The notes under the pieces: generated by a model
Told to the model about the DNA's origin: nothing
What the model saw: only the letters and a program-made list of their open reading frames with translations
The model's database searches: none
Program-made: the position numbers and the translations under genes
Shown: positions 1 through 12,600 of the stretch, piece by piece
How the letters are laid out: each line of letters begins with the position of its first letter
How positions within the stretch are numbered: position 1 is the stretch's first letter
Assembly: GCA_036172245.1 (NCBI GenBank)
Contig: JAYWIR010000033.1
Location: 2,294,001-2,358,000, forward strand
From: Raillietiella orientalis
Lineage: Eukaryota
Length of the DNA stretch: 64,000 nucleotides
Direction of reading: 5' to 3'

Positions 1-535
1 AATCCGTTCCTCTTACTCCTGGGGAGGGATTTCCGGAAGGAACACCTCCACCCTTGTTGTCTCCTAAAGGTGCCTCCAGGGAATCTCCTTCCTTATTCTC
101 TCCGGAGGGACCCCCGAAGGGGTTCGCTCTATTTCTTCTTCTCCGGAGGTAATCCGCAAGGGAATCGCTCCTTGTTCCCTCCTCTGAAGAGAACTCTGAA
201 GGGTTGCTTCCTAATTTTCTCTGAAGGGGTCGCTACCCGAAGGGAGTAGCGCACTTCACATTCTGGACAGGCATCATCAATTCACCAGTCCCATGGTGCG
301 GCTCCTTGATTCCTGGAAGGGCCCTGGGGAAGGGTCAGCTACCAATCCCGTTGCCAGCCAACAGGGACATCCGGCTTCAACCATCCGCACCCGGATGTAA
401 ACTAACGAGCGACATCTTGCGAGGGAGGAACCCTAAACCCACGACGTATCCTTTTCTCTGGCGTCGATCCTCCACGTTGGGATTCAAACCCGCAACGCCT
501 GGTACCTCAGCCACACCGCCTCCAACGCAGGCAAA
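1..535 (-). mobile_element. Diverged copy of the tRNA-headed SINE-like element (runs off the window start)
   Basis: Reverse complement aligns by eye to 42650-43357: head tttgcctgcgttggaggcggtgtggctgagg...gcgggtttgaatccc; body tccctccggagagaataaggaagg and ttctcttcagaggag. Confidence 0.75.
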
Positions 536-659
536 AACAAACTCCCTCCTCCCACTTCTTTGGCAAGCACTTTCGAGTACCCCATGAGAAGAAACTGAGA
601 AGGAAAAAACGGGGGGAGGGCTCGAATCCTGGAACTTTCCACGAGCGCGCAAGTCAAGC

Positions 660-1780
660 ACGGAGGAGGGGGGAAACGGCAGATACGGTCAGGGAATGGA
701 AACCTTGCGCGACTCCTCCGGTTGACATCCGGCAACGACGGGGCGTTTGTTTATTTGTAAAATAAACATATATGTCTCTAGCAGGTCGTTTGATCCTGCC
801 ACGTTACCTATAGCTACGAGAAGGAACCTGCCGGGAACTGGCACGCAGGCCAGCGCAGTTCGCCTCGGCAGCACAGGAGAAGGGGAGACAAACAAAAAGA
901 AAAAAGCATAACAGAAAACATACAGTCAAAAAAGGAAGGGGGTTCGGGAAGGAATCACAATGTGCTAGAGGGTGTCCACTGCATCCTTGTAAGGATGCCG
1001 GCAAGTTCCTGTTCCCAGACTCTCAGATGGGACCATCTTGACACCGTCCTCACAAAGAGGACGAGCGGCAAAATAGATGGTATCCCTGTCGTTCTGGACT
1101 TCCCTGGCGTTGCGATATGCAGCTATAGTCCCGCAGCGTGGTCACCAAAGTGCTCCTGAGGATGCGTCCGGCGTGAGGGCGTCGCGCAGGAAGAGGCGCT
1201 TTAAAACGCCTCTGCCCTTGTCGCCGGGGTTCCAAGAGTCGCGACAAAAAGTCCCCAAAGGGATCGAAGTGCAGTAAAACCCACTAGGAGGTGTGGGAGG
1301 GATTTTCGCTTCCCGCACCTTGCACAGCTTGAGTCCACCCCCTTCTCCCGTATTCAATGATGCCGGCGGCGAAGCATAGGAGGTCCCAGTGCAGCAGCAT
1401 CTATGCTGACTCCTGCCACTTTAATAGGTGCGTGCGAATGTTTATGAGCTCCGGGGGTCACTGAAGGTTCTCCTCCAGAACACCCAGTAGCACATCCCAG
1501 TGCAAAAGTCCACAAGGTCTAGCAATCGGGGTTGCAACGTCGGCCCATCGGCCACTCGCCCAGTCCTCTTTTCCTTCCAGAGATTTCCACAGTAACCTCC
1601 CATCTCGCAGAAAGGCTGTTATTCATGTGTTCCCTAAGGGAGGGCAGAGAGGCGACGAGAGAGTTCTGTTTGCCCATGCACTCTTCGCGGGATCTTCCAG
1701 GATCTTCCGGAGCGTGCAGTTGTTGGTGCATGCATACAGGAAACGTCGCACCTGTTCCGCGCTTGGCTCCTGGATCCCCT
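660..1780 (-). mobile_element. Decayed 3' end of an L1/Tx1-type LINE (ORF2 zinc-knuckle region plus 3' UTR)
   Basis: Minus strand reads ...VDSSCARCGKRKSLPHLLVGFTALRSLWGLF (zf-RVT-like) and VLKRLFLRDALTP, with stops and frameshifts; homologous to 1790-2850. Confidence 0.6.
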
Positions 1781-1789
1781 CCCACGAGC

Positions 1790-2850
1790 CAAGAACAACG
1801 AAACGAGCCCGGAGATGTGCGAGCGACCACTGCACTCCTTTTGCAACAACCGCTTGCTGCAGGACGTCATCGTGCAGCCCACCACGTGTACGTTAGCGGA
1901 AAGGAGCGCCATAGTCGCGGCACTGCGCTTCCTGAGGGAGCACCTGGACTGTAACCAGCCGTCCAAATGGGATTTCAGTTGAGAAACAGGTCTTCGGAGG
2001 AAGGACTAGGTGGTTGGACCATGGACCAGCACACGTACTCTGTGACCCCAATTGCCCCACCGAAGGGACTTTTGCGCTGGAGAGAGATGCTGGGAATCCC
2101 ACAGGAAGTCCTCGAGTGACCCCAGCACCGAGGAACAACCTGGCCCTCCCCCTGAAATGGCATAGGTCAGCTTTTCTGGTGTTGCACTGGGGTCCTCCTG
2201 TGCAACGCCCGCCGCTCTCACGGGACCTGGGGGGCTGTGGGCCCCAGCAATTGCAGGTGTGGAGAACGGGAATCCCGGCTCCTGCACCTGCTGTAGACTG
2301 TGTTGCCCTCCGGTCTCTGCGTTTGCGTTGCGGAACGGCCTTGGTGCACCGACGGACAATCCCAGGGACGTGTTCAAGCGTCTCTTCGTGCGCGACGCCC
2401 TTTCGCCTGCCGCATCCCCAGCAGCTCTTTGCCGCTGCCTACGTGGGATTGTGGCAGGCTGGAGCTACGAGAGAGGAGGACGGGGAGACAGGGACGCCAT
2501 TCGCTCCGCCCTGGGCTTCCTGCGGACGGCAGCTTGATGGTCGCCCCTGGGGCATACTGGGATGGAACTTGCCGGCATCCTGGAAACGATTCAGAGGACG
2601 CCCTCTAGAGAACAGTGATCCCTTCCTGTGCCCTCCAGAGTTTTTTATTTATTCATTTTATTTTCGTGTGCTGCTCTCTCCTCGGCTGCCGAGGCAAACC
2701 TCGCCGGTCCGCGTGCCAGTTGCTCGGCAGGTTCCGAACGCTTCCGGACGGACCGATGGTCCTACACGTGTCTGCTTTTCATAGTAAACGTCCCGGAGTG
2801 ACCGGGTGATAAACCACTCGCGTATCTGCAATGTAAACAAACCTCCTCCC
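1790..2850 (+). mobile_element. Decayed 3' end of an L1/Tx1-type LINE, inverted paralogue of 660-1780
   Basis: PLKWHRSAFLVLHWGPPV...CRCGERES..HLL.DCVALRSL across frameshifts, VFKRLFVRDALSP, then a T-rich tract at 2641. Confidence 0.6.
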
Positions 2851-3289
2851 CTTAGCCCACGCCGCATCGTTCAGATCCCTTCCAAGCAGCCAGCATTAGT
2901 GGCATGGCAAGGAAAACCAGAGGGTTCAGATGACCCCCGGATCCTGGGAACCTGCCGAGCCGATGCGGTCCCCGGGAGGGTTCGGAGTGCCTCCGGGAGC
3001 GATACGATAGCGGGAAGCAGGTGCAAGGATCCTCGCTGCTCCCTGCCTGGGACGAGGAGGAAAGCCGATGGCCCCACGCTGCCCGAACCCCCGCGACTCA
3101 TCCCGACAGGGAGGCAAAGCCGGTCTGTGCTGAGAAGGAACGCATGGATCCTCAACCAATAGGAACGCACCAGCTTCCCCATCGGGAGCCAAAAATAGAA
3201 CTTCCTTCTTCCCGTCATCGAGCGCGCCTTGCGCAAAAAGTCTTACTCCGTGTAGTCGCTCCGAGGTTGACCGCATCCCTGCGAGAGAG

Positions 3290-3649
3290 ATGACTGGGGA
3301 GCAGCGGCAGCCGTGGTACAGATGCTGGAAGTGCGTCGCCCTCACGGGTTGCTTGGTCTCCCTGCTCGCTTGCGGGACCGTCAGCTTCACGTGCACGCTC
3401 ATCCGCATCAGGAAGTGCGAGGAAGAAGTGCTGCGGGTGCGGCAGGAAGTGCAGAAGCTCCTTCTCCTGGACCGGGAGTTCCTCCCGCCTCTTCCGAAGC
3501 AGAGGAGGAGCGCCTCGCCTCCTCTGCAGCAGCAGCAGCAGCAGCAGGCCTACCGGGACGCGAACGTCGAGTTCATGCCCATCGGCGTCGGCAGGTCGGA
3601 GACGGAAAACGACAGCTGGGTGTGGCTGACTTCATATTCGAGGATACCG
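3290..3649 (+). CDS. Colmedin exon 1: cytoplasmic tail, signal-anchor TM, basic KQRR site, poly-Q
   Basis: MTGEQ...[24 protein letters not shown]...[11 protein letters not shown], then donor GTAAGC at 3650. Confidence 0.85.
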
Positions 3650-6600
3650 GTAAGCCGGGAGGGCGGCGGACAAAGGCCACCGCAGACAAGCGGTATGGCT
3701 GCCCTGAGGCAGAAGGACAGCCACACCGCTCCAGCACAGGGTTGCCACCACTCTGACGCGGCCTCGTGTGGCCGGCCCCGAACGCTCGAATGACCGGTGG
3801 TGGCATCCCGACCGCGGCATTCCCCTCTCCCGGTCGAGAATCGGTTTGGAACGGACCGCACAGAACTTCACCGGCGAGGCGACGAAATGCTCGCCGGCGT
3901 ACGCCACACGGCGGCGAGCGTTGGGCGCGTTGCCCAGGAAACGCATCCTCCGCCGCGCGCGTTTTCAGTCAGGCTTGCCTCAAACACCGTTGGTTTCTTT
4001 GTTCATTTTCAAAGTGGGTTCCTACATTACATTGCAAGTGTTCATTTGCATGTAAGTTAATCTGTGAAGGTGAATGAAGAGTTTATATTTGAGAATTCAC
4101 ATCGTGGATTTACCTAAAATTTACGTAGAGAGTGTGTTTCCTAATGTAGATCCTAATGATGATGTCATTTACGTTTGGAATTTGTTTGAAATCCGCTGGT
4201 TCGATTCAACTGAATAGAAATCTTATGGCTTGCAGCTGTGTCCGAAGAAATTTTGATATGAGTGATAAACAGTACAGCAAATTCACTAGGTTTGAATGGT
4301 ACAAGAAGGACTTTTTTTTTCACTAGGAAGTTACAGTTTGTACAAGGTGCAATCTGCAGCTGAGAAAGACTTGTTTTAAGAAAGGAGGGAATCTGGATGC
4401 TGCTGTGAATGATAGGGTGATCCAGCTGCAGGATGGGAAGTCCAAAGGAATTAGTCAATAGGAAATGCAGGTATATTCGAGTTCTTAGGGGAAGGAACCA
4501 CGGGAAAGCAATAAAAGAGGTACCAGTCTTAAGTCCATGGACTCTTTCCATTACGTGGTCTATGTGTCGTTCAGAAAGACTTTTTCAACTACTGCGACCG
4601 TGACCATAGCCAAAGAATCCATTTCTTCGCATTTTTTCTCATGGCTACAATCAGAGCTCGAAAATCTCTGTACCACGGCAAACTTAATTAATTTGGAATG
4701 TTTTAAAGGACTTCTCGGCTCTCTCCTTCCCTCCTTCTCTGGTTGTCCGAAAGAGAGACAGATCGTTCACGGCAGGAACAAGGAATTTTCCCGATGATTT
4801 ATTGGTAGTTTTCGACGTGCATTTCGAAGATGCGACCTTTAGGCACGGTCCAGATCCAAGCAAAGAGTCAGGATCAGCACCTGCAGAGTTTTCGAAAATT
4901 TTTGGAAAAATCATTCTGATTCCACACTGAGTTCTGGTTCACGGAATCAGCTGATCACAAGGAGAATACCTACGTAAGACTTTTCAAGGAAACTCCGCTT
5001 CACATAAAGAAAACTGGATCGTAGATGGGATAACTGAATGTGTACCAAACGGCCGACGTCAGTTTGAATTGATTGTTGAAACATTATACTCAAAAACTAA
5101 GGTTTCTGAGGTATAATTATAGTGTACCAAGGAGGCAGGGTCAAAGACATTTCTTAGAGAGAATTTCAGCTTCGGAAATACTTCCTTGGTTTCATAATCT
5201 CGTTTTACATCTTTCAATGCTATGACATTAAAAAAAGAAAAAATCTTCCTGCACATCTTATTGAATGGACGACTTCTCAGGTCCTGGAATTTGTTGATTT
5301 CGACTTGCAATCCGATAAACAGACCTTCCATCTGCATTTCTATTTGAAGAAGCTGGAGACTGAAGAAGTAATGTCGTCAGCTGAGAAGCAAGCTGAAACT
5401 TCGTGGGAAACGAGCATCTTCAGCCCCCCACCTAACGACCTCAGGAAAGAGCACTCTACCACGCGGCTTTCTGAGAGAGCAAAGCCAGCTGTAGAATACT
5501 AGGAAGAACAAGGATCTCCCGCCAATCGGATTTTGGGGATGAGGGATGCCGTGATCACATGCCACGGACTGCCTGCGTGCAGAGTCAAAGCTTCCATCTC
5601 CTCCAAACGGGAAAGATTGTCCCTTCCCGAGGAGGAATAATCTTTGTCAAATGCCCCACTGGGTCCTCCAGCACGAGCAAGTGAAAACTTAGCCGTCCTG
5701 CGGGGATGGGCTATGCACGATGGCTAGAGGGAGGACGAATGGGCATGGATAACGAAGGATGGAGGTCGAGTAGGATTGGATAAAGCAAGAGAAGAAACAC
5801 CAAGGTCTGAGGAAACAAGATAAACACGACAAGAAAACGAGGAAAGGAACGTTATTCGTAGACTGCCTTTAAAGAGGACCAAGCACCCATGTCCTCAAGA
5901 AAAATCCTTTCGGCATGGAGGCAGAAGATTTACAGATACTGGACAGCTGCTTGAAACCGATAGGTGACTCACCGGAAGAGTACCCCGAGGATCGCGGATC
6001 GATCGGAGCTGCAAAGAGTTTTCCCCCTGGGATGCACCTCTCAGACTTATCCTTCCTCTGACAAGGAAGACGCGGCTCTGCACCTGCGAACTGGAAGCTC
6101 TCGTGGAAACCCTTTCATCCTTGTCAGCGATACTGGGATCTGTCGTCAGCGTTCAGGACAACGGAACAACTTGGGCTGCAGCAGCTTCGTCCGAAGTGAC
6201 GGTGCGAGGCGCCTGCATTCTTGCAGCGAACTCCTCTGATTATGGTGCGTTGTCCTTAAAGTCCGAGGACTTCTTTAGCTTTTTAAGAAAACTGATCTTC
6301 TTACCATTCCAAGGATCGGCTTCCAATCCAAGACAGCCTGCATGAGCTTGAATGCCTTGGCTTTTCCTCCAAAATTCATTTCTGATCTGCACGATGAAGA
6401 TAAGGAACCAATAACGATAGAAAGAAAGGGTAAGGAAGAAATAAAAAGGGTGAAAAACAAGGATGGCATCACAGTAAGAGCATCTGACGCGGATGGAGTT
6501 TCAGGACCCGAAGTTGCAAATATCCTTCAGCTTTCCCAACGGACACAGTTGGCGTGCTTCCGCGAAAACTATTACGCAGAAGCGAGCTGCCTAGCGATAC

Positions 6601-9600
6601 CATGCGCAGATATACCCTGAGGGTAGATCTGACTCAACCTGTTAGGCGAGTCATTTTTTCCCCAAAGTCCACCCGTGGGTTTCAAATTGGTGGCGAAAGC
6701 GAACCGATGCGCCAAACGCGCAGCAACTGTATCTATCGTGAATTTCAATGGAAAAAAAAAAGGAACAAAAAATGGATTCATGGAAATTTCGAAAATAGGA
6801 AACTCCACACGTGAGGAAAATAGAAAAACTTTACAAGAAATTCGATCGGAATGCGCAGTATGATATTTTGCAAAGCAAGAAACGACCTAAGGTGGCACCT
6901 CACGGGTCAAGCACCAACGCCGTGTTTCCCTGCGAATGCCATTTTTTGAACACCACACGACACGTCATCGCGGTGCACCAGGTTTCGATGGTGTGGGTGG
7001 TATGAAATTTGGAAGGTGTCTTCCGATGAGACGTTTGGCAGTTGGTCGACCAGCTGTTCCCAGTTTCTGGAGTTGAGGGTTCCTCAATGATTTGTTCCAT
7101 ACATCCGAGCGGAAAATTGAATCGGTTGAATTTTCCATTGCTTTTTTTATGTAATAAATATGAATTGAAGCACTAAAGGATGTCTAAAGGATGGAGGAAT
7201 ATTCTCCTCCTGTCATACTTCTTTAACCTCTTTCTCGCCAGCGCATATGCTGCAACTGTACCATCGCTTCTGTCCGCTTCACCCTTTTTTTCCCATAATC
7301 AAAGACCACTTCAGGATTTCTTTTCACAACACCTCGTTTCTCTGTTTCCATCATATTGGCTCCATGTATGGTACCAAGGAACAGTACATCCTTTTTGTCC
7401 CGCTAATTCGGTAACATGATTCCGCAATGTACCGTCCTTTCTTTAGAGAAGTTGTTTTTATATCTTCAGGAATACCAAATCTCTGCTGTCGCATTGTACT
7501 AATGGTGTCTGTCTTACAAGTACATAGTTTGCGTGAGAGTTCTATCCTTGTGTACCAGTGATCCAAATAGAATTGACATCCCTGTCCCGATAGGTCACGA
7601 GAAAGTCCAAGAACGATGCGCACAAGAGCGGTCTTTTATTGAGAGGATAATTCCGACCACATTCTGTATGTTTGCCGATGTATGTACAGAAATTTCAAAT
7701 GTATACAGATTGGCTTTCGTATAAGACAAAAAATTCCATTCCAAAACGACTCCTTTTAGAAGGTACATATACTGCTTCCGGGACCGTCGCCGTTTCCATA
7801 ACAACAAGGATTCCTCGACACGAATGCCTCGCCCTGGAACGAATATCTGCATTGGTGTTGAATATTCTTCCGAAATGCTTCCATTTTGGAGATTCTTCTC
7901 CTTCAAGTCGTGTTTTAGTTACCTTGAAATTGAAAAAACTAAAATTACGCTTACATCTCACCTAGATGACCTTTTGCCCAAACCAATCGGTGGAAGTCTG
8001 AATCGAGGAAACTAATGGAAGCCTTAATTGAGAGAAAAATTAGCATTTCCCCCAATCAGGGCTTCCATGATGTGAAAAGCATGCAAACAAATCCAGTATG
8101 CGAAAAGGAAAGGCAAGAAGAATTTTTTACCTTACATCACCCCAAAAATGCTTCGATAAGAAATGCATGACGTCATTGCACATTGCCGTCCCCATCAGAA
8201 TATCAGTTGAATTCCACGTAAGACGAGCAAACTGTGCACCGTGAAAAACCAGCCAGATCTCCCCGACTCTGGCTTTGCGGAGAAGCTGCACATCTTCAGC
8301 AGGAGAATCCGGCGGCTCGCATGGGACCCGCCATGGAGATTCGACCCCAAGTTCATGCACTCGAGTTACCCAAAGAGGAGGGCGCATACTGTTCAGGAAG
8401 GAGATCGTCCCGATCGCGGTCTACCGAGACCGACCTTGGGTTTCCGGAATGCGAAACCGCCGAAAACGTCCCACACGAAGCGCTAGGGGTAGGAGGTCTC
8501 ACCTTCGAGTTCCGAACCAACCTCAGGTTCTCCTCCCGTGGATCGAAATGTTGTTCGAGATGTCGAAAGAAGGGTCCCGAAGGCGTGTTCAGTGGAGTCT
8601 GCTGGGAATTTCTGGAAATTTCCTCGTGTTCCAATCTCGAGTTACCATTGCAGCTTTACCACTTTTACATGAATGTCTCCGCTGCCTCTCCGGGTTCCAA
8701 AGAAAACCCAGGCATCAAGGACTCGCAGGTTACTTACAGAGTATAGCGGACATGTCCCTTTCGCTCTTTGCTATTCAACATGGCAACAGAACCATCCTGC
8801 ACGGAAGACGGAAAAATTGCCCTCCATGTTGGCGTACGCGGGTGCTCACGGCAAACCGCAGAGGACTGATCTTGCAAAAGCCTTCATCTGTTGCAGGAAC
8901 TGAGGCAAAAATCTGGTCTTTCAATCAATCCCCAGAAAGTGCACCTTCTTCCTCTTCAAAGCTCGAAGAGAGAGTGGAAAAAGAATTCTCGGGATTGAAG
9001 GAAACAGCATCTTGGTATTGGACCTTGGAGAAGCCTAGTAGCAAAACCTTGGCAAATGGGAATGTCCAGACCCATTCGGCTTCGAACTGTTTCCATAAGA
9101 TCTCACTAAAGAAATCACTGAAAAAGCGTCCACGGATCCAAGGATCGCACCATGGCAACGCCTGGAAGCCAGGAGAACCTCTGTCATTCCTGGTCTGATG
9201 TACTGCCAGAGGCTAAGAATGTTCGAAGTGTAATGAACAGTCACCAACACTAGCAGTTGGCAACCAGATGGAAATGTATACGAGAAGAAAATACAAAAAG
9301 GGTGACAGTATTGTACCAAGGAACTGGAGTGACCAACAAACACTCGCATGCTGGTTGATCAACAGGATGGATGGGTGCGCCCAATTTACCGGCTATAAAT
9401 TCGGAGTTGGTAGCTGCTTCAAACTGTTAGCAACCACTCCTGCTCGGATATAGCACTTATCCCAAGGGGTGTTGCGTGCATCCCTGACGGATGGAGTTCT
9501 GGAATGCGATTGAAGCAATCGATGGAAAGCAGACGCAACAGTGATGCCAAAACCAGCTGGAGGGTGAGAAGACAGAATCCAGAAGAGCTTGAGGGATGAA

Positions 9601-12600
9601 GAAAAAAAAAAGGAAAAACAAAGAGAAATATCCATGAGAAAGCATCCGGGTCAAGGGAAGACCATGTTCTGAGTTGGGTGCTTCGAGGCATCTTTTACAC
9701 AGCGGCGAACACCTCCTGTTGGCAGGTCACAGATTCATGCATGCGGCCCAACTCAGCCTGCTGCCTTTGCGGGCTCACCAAAGACGGCACCGATCGCTCA
9801 TACTGAAGGTGCTCAGGATGAAAAGAATCTCAGGACCACATCCTCAACAGATAACAACGTACCAGCAACCAGACCAGGATTACGGGAGAATCGAAAGAGC
9901 TGGCAACCCAAATCAAGAAGGCTGCTCTGGAAAACTAGGAAATGGTAGCCACCAACCAAGATATTATGAGAACAGATCAGGAGTGGGCCAGATGTAGTGC
10001 TCCATTTATGGCAGAAGTCATAAATGCTGGTAACATTATAACTAACAGTGAAACTCTTTACCCCCATCTTTAATTACAGCAACCCAGTAACCATTCTCAT
10101 ACCAACCACTCCAGTTAAAAGCAACGGGCACAAAAAAATTGTATGCACAAACATACAGAATCTGACACTGAAGCTCTCGTTTCGAGGCTATCATCACCCT
10201 ACACTGCAATCGTGACCTCTGGTCGTCCTACCCTCAAAAAAAAAAAAAAAACTCAGCAGTACACTCATAAACCTGTACATGACCCTAAGCCTTAATACAA
10301 TTGTCACGGCAGAAGCATTACTTTATCTATTCTACTGCTTTCCAATCGAAAATATCCCTTACTTTTCAGGCGGGAAACAGACTTCTTTCCCTTTAGAAGG
10401 TCTCTTACGAGCCTCAGAGGAGCGGAACAGGCAACCACCTGTCTTTCCAGGAAGTTCCTGGAGCGGCAGATGGATGCCTTTTAGCTAAAAGCTGCGACGG
10501 GAGCGTTTGCCGCTGCTGCTGTTTCCTCTGAGATGAAAGTGACTCATTCGTGTGGGCCGTAGTGCAAGAGATCCGACAGTGTCATCTTGCTCTCGCGTCA
10601 CACGCGGATGTGTCATCGCATATCGCATCGCTCTGTGGCACGCGCATGCATCGAGCACGTATGTGACTCATATGCACTGCGCCGTGAACAGAGCTGGATC
10701 CACCGCTCCCTCTGCGAGCACGAAGGACGTTTTCCGCAGCATCTCTCTCAAGAAATTCGGTGGAAGTTGCTCCATGAGGAAAAAACGCCATATCAAACAC
10801 CGCACTCTTTCGGCAGAAAGGAGAACTGCGCGGCCAACAGGCGACATGCTCGGGTCCGGTCGAACTTTGCTGGTCCACCGCGCGAGAAGAGCCTTCTTGT
10901 TGAGAAGAGCGATCAGCTTGTTGATGCTTTTTGAAATCGAGGTGGGGTCGGAACACCGGGTTCAGAACGGTGAGGGGATCCTGACCAGTTTGCCTCCGAG
11001 CTCCCCGCGGGAGGAAGTCGAGAATTCACCGAGACGTATTCGCTCTGGGTGTCCGGCAGCTCTTCCGAGTAAACGTTAAACTTCCGAGGGGGAGTTTTCC
11101 TCTTCTCCTCTGTGAATCCTTCTGGCTTCCGCGGACGGGAAAATCTTAGGAGGACTGGAATTTGTGCCAATCGCCTCGACTTGGTCTGGACATCGTGCAG
11201 GAACAAATGCACCTTATTCCATGCAGGTTTTCGAAGAAGATGTTATCTTGAAAAGAAGAGAGCTCTCTTATTGACAACTTGGAAGTGTTCTTATCTGCAA
11301 TGCAAGGGTTCTTCTGGATCTTCCGATTATTCAAACTATCCAGGCTCATCCAGGAGGAAGATTATGCAGATGGCAGCAAAGAATGTTTTTTGGTACAGCA
11401 AACCGCTTGGGAGTGTTCAAGAAGTGCGTATTTGGGAAGAGGACACCTAATGATGAAAGTGCCGATGAAAAAAAAGGAAGAATCTTGAAGAATTCTGGAG
11501 GATCCCCCACATATTATACCTTTACTATCAGCTGCTAAATCAGGTGCAGTGAAATGTACACATCATCCCTTCGAATGAAGTAACCATGCAGTGAGATCAT
11601 TGGCCAACCCCTGTGCATTCTTTTCCTTCTTTCTTTTTCTGTAATGGAGCAAACCTTAAAGAATAAGAAGAGATCTTGGAGTGTTGAGATCAAGAAAGCC
11701 GCTCCTCCTGATCCGTTGGTGACCTCGAAGGAATGCCTTCGATGACTGCGGCAAAGCAAGGGAAGAGCACAATAGTGAATGTTTCTCTCCTGAGCGGCAG
11801 TCAATGGAAAAAAGCGTCCTCTCCGAAGAACGACTGGAGGATAGTATTCGTTTCTTTGGATTCCCCTAGATGGCATTTCTGTCCCCATCTTCGAGCAGCT
11901 CGATTAATGAGATGATGACCCTGAGCCTCAGTCGATAACACCGTTTTTTTCCAAGAGAGCAGTGAGAAAGGCAGTTCTCGATGAAAATCCTTGTGTACAA
12001 CCGTTGATATCCCTCCCCTTCTTTGACAGTACAACGAGATTGCACTCCCTAGAGGAAGTTGGAAAGAGAGAATACTACGAAGGAGGCTTCCGTCCCTCCG
12101 GCGAGAGAATCAGAGGAGATAACCCATAGATCACTCGAACAGAATTCTTTTCTGCATGTCCCCGGTTCCGACCAACTCCATGGCTCGTCATGGAGATCCG
12201 ACCCCGCCCTCTCGGAGTTCACGCACTCGAGTCCCCCACATCCTCGGCGTTTGAGCCAGGAAAGTTCAGATTCCAGGTTCTCGCGCATTCGATGTTCGGG
12301 CTTCGTTCTCTGAGAATCCTTTTTATTCCTTTCCAAGTCCCTTGACACCTTTTCCATTCTTCGCGTATTTCCTAGAGCCAAATCTGAAGGTCATCTCCGT
12401 CGAAACGGCGAATCTCGGATCGCGCGGTCGCTTTCAGGGTTGATCCCTTCCGCTTACTCTATACGCGCATGTCACAGCAGCAGCACCTCCAGAACGGTGA
12501 CCACTGGAGTTTTTCGTCGTTCCAGGTCTTTGCGATCCAGGACTTTTGCTCCAAGACCAAAGAGTACTGCCCAGAAGGTGCTCCTGGAATTCCCGGTTCT

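Noticed and set aside
2014..2784. 256-aa ORF as an upstream gene or colmedin exon
   Set aside because: Lies within the frameshifted LINE arm and only parts are in the ancestral frame
8275..9198. 307-aa ORF as a host gene
   Set aside because: No coherent domain; RT-like motifs are spread over several frames, consistent with a decayed retroelement
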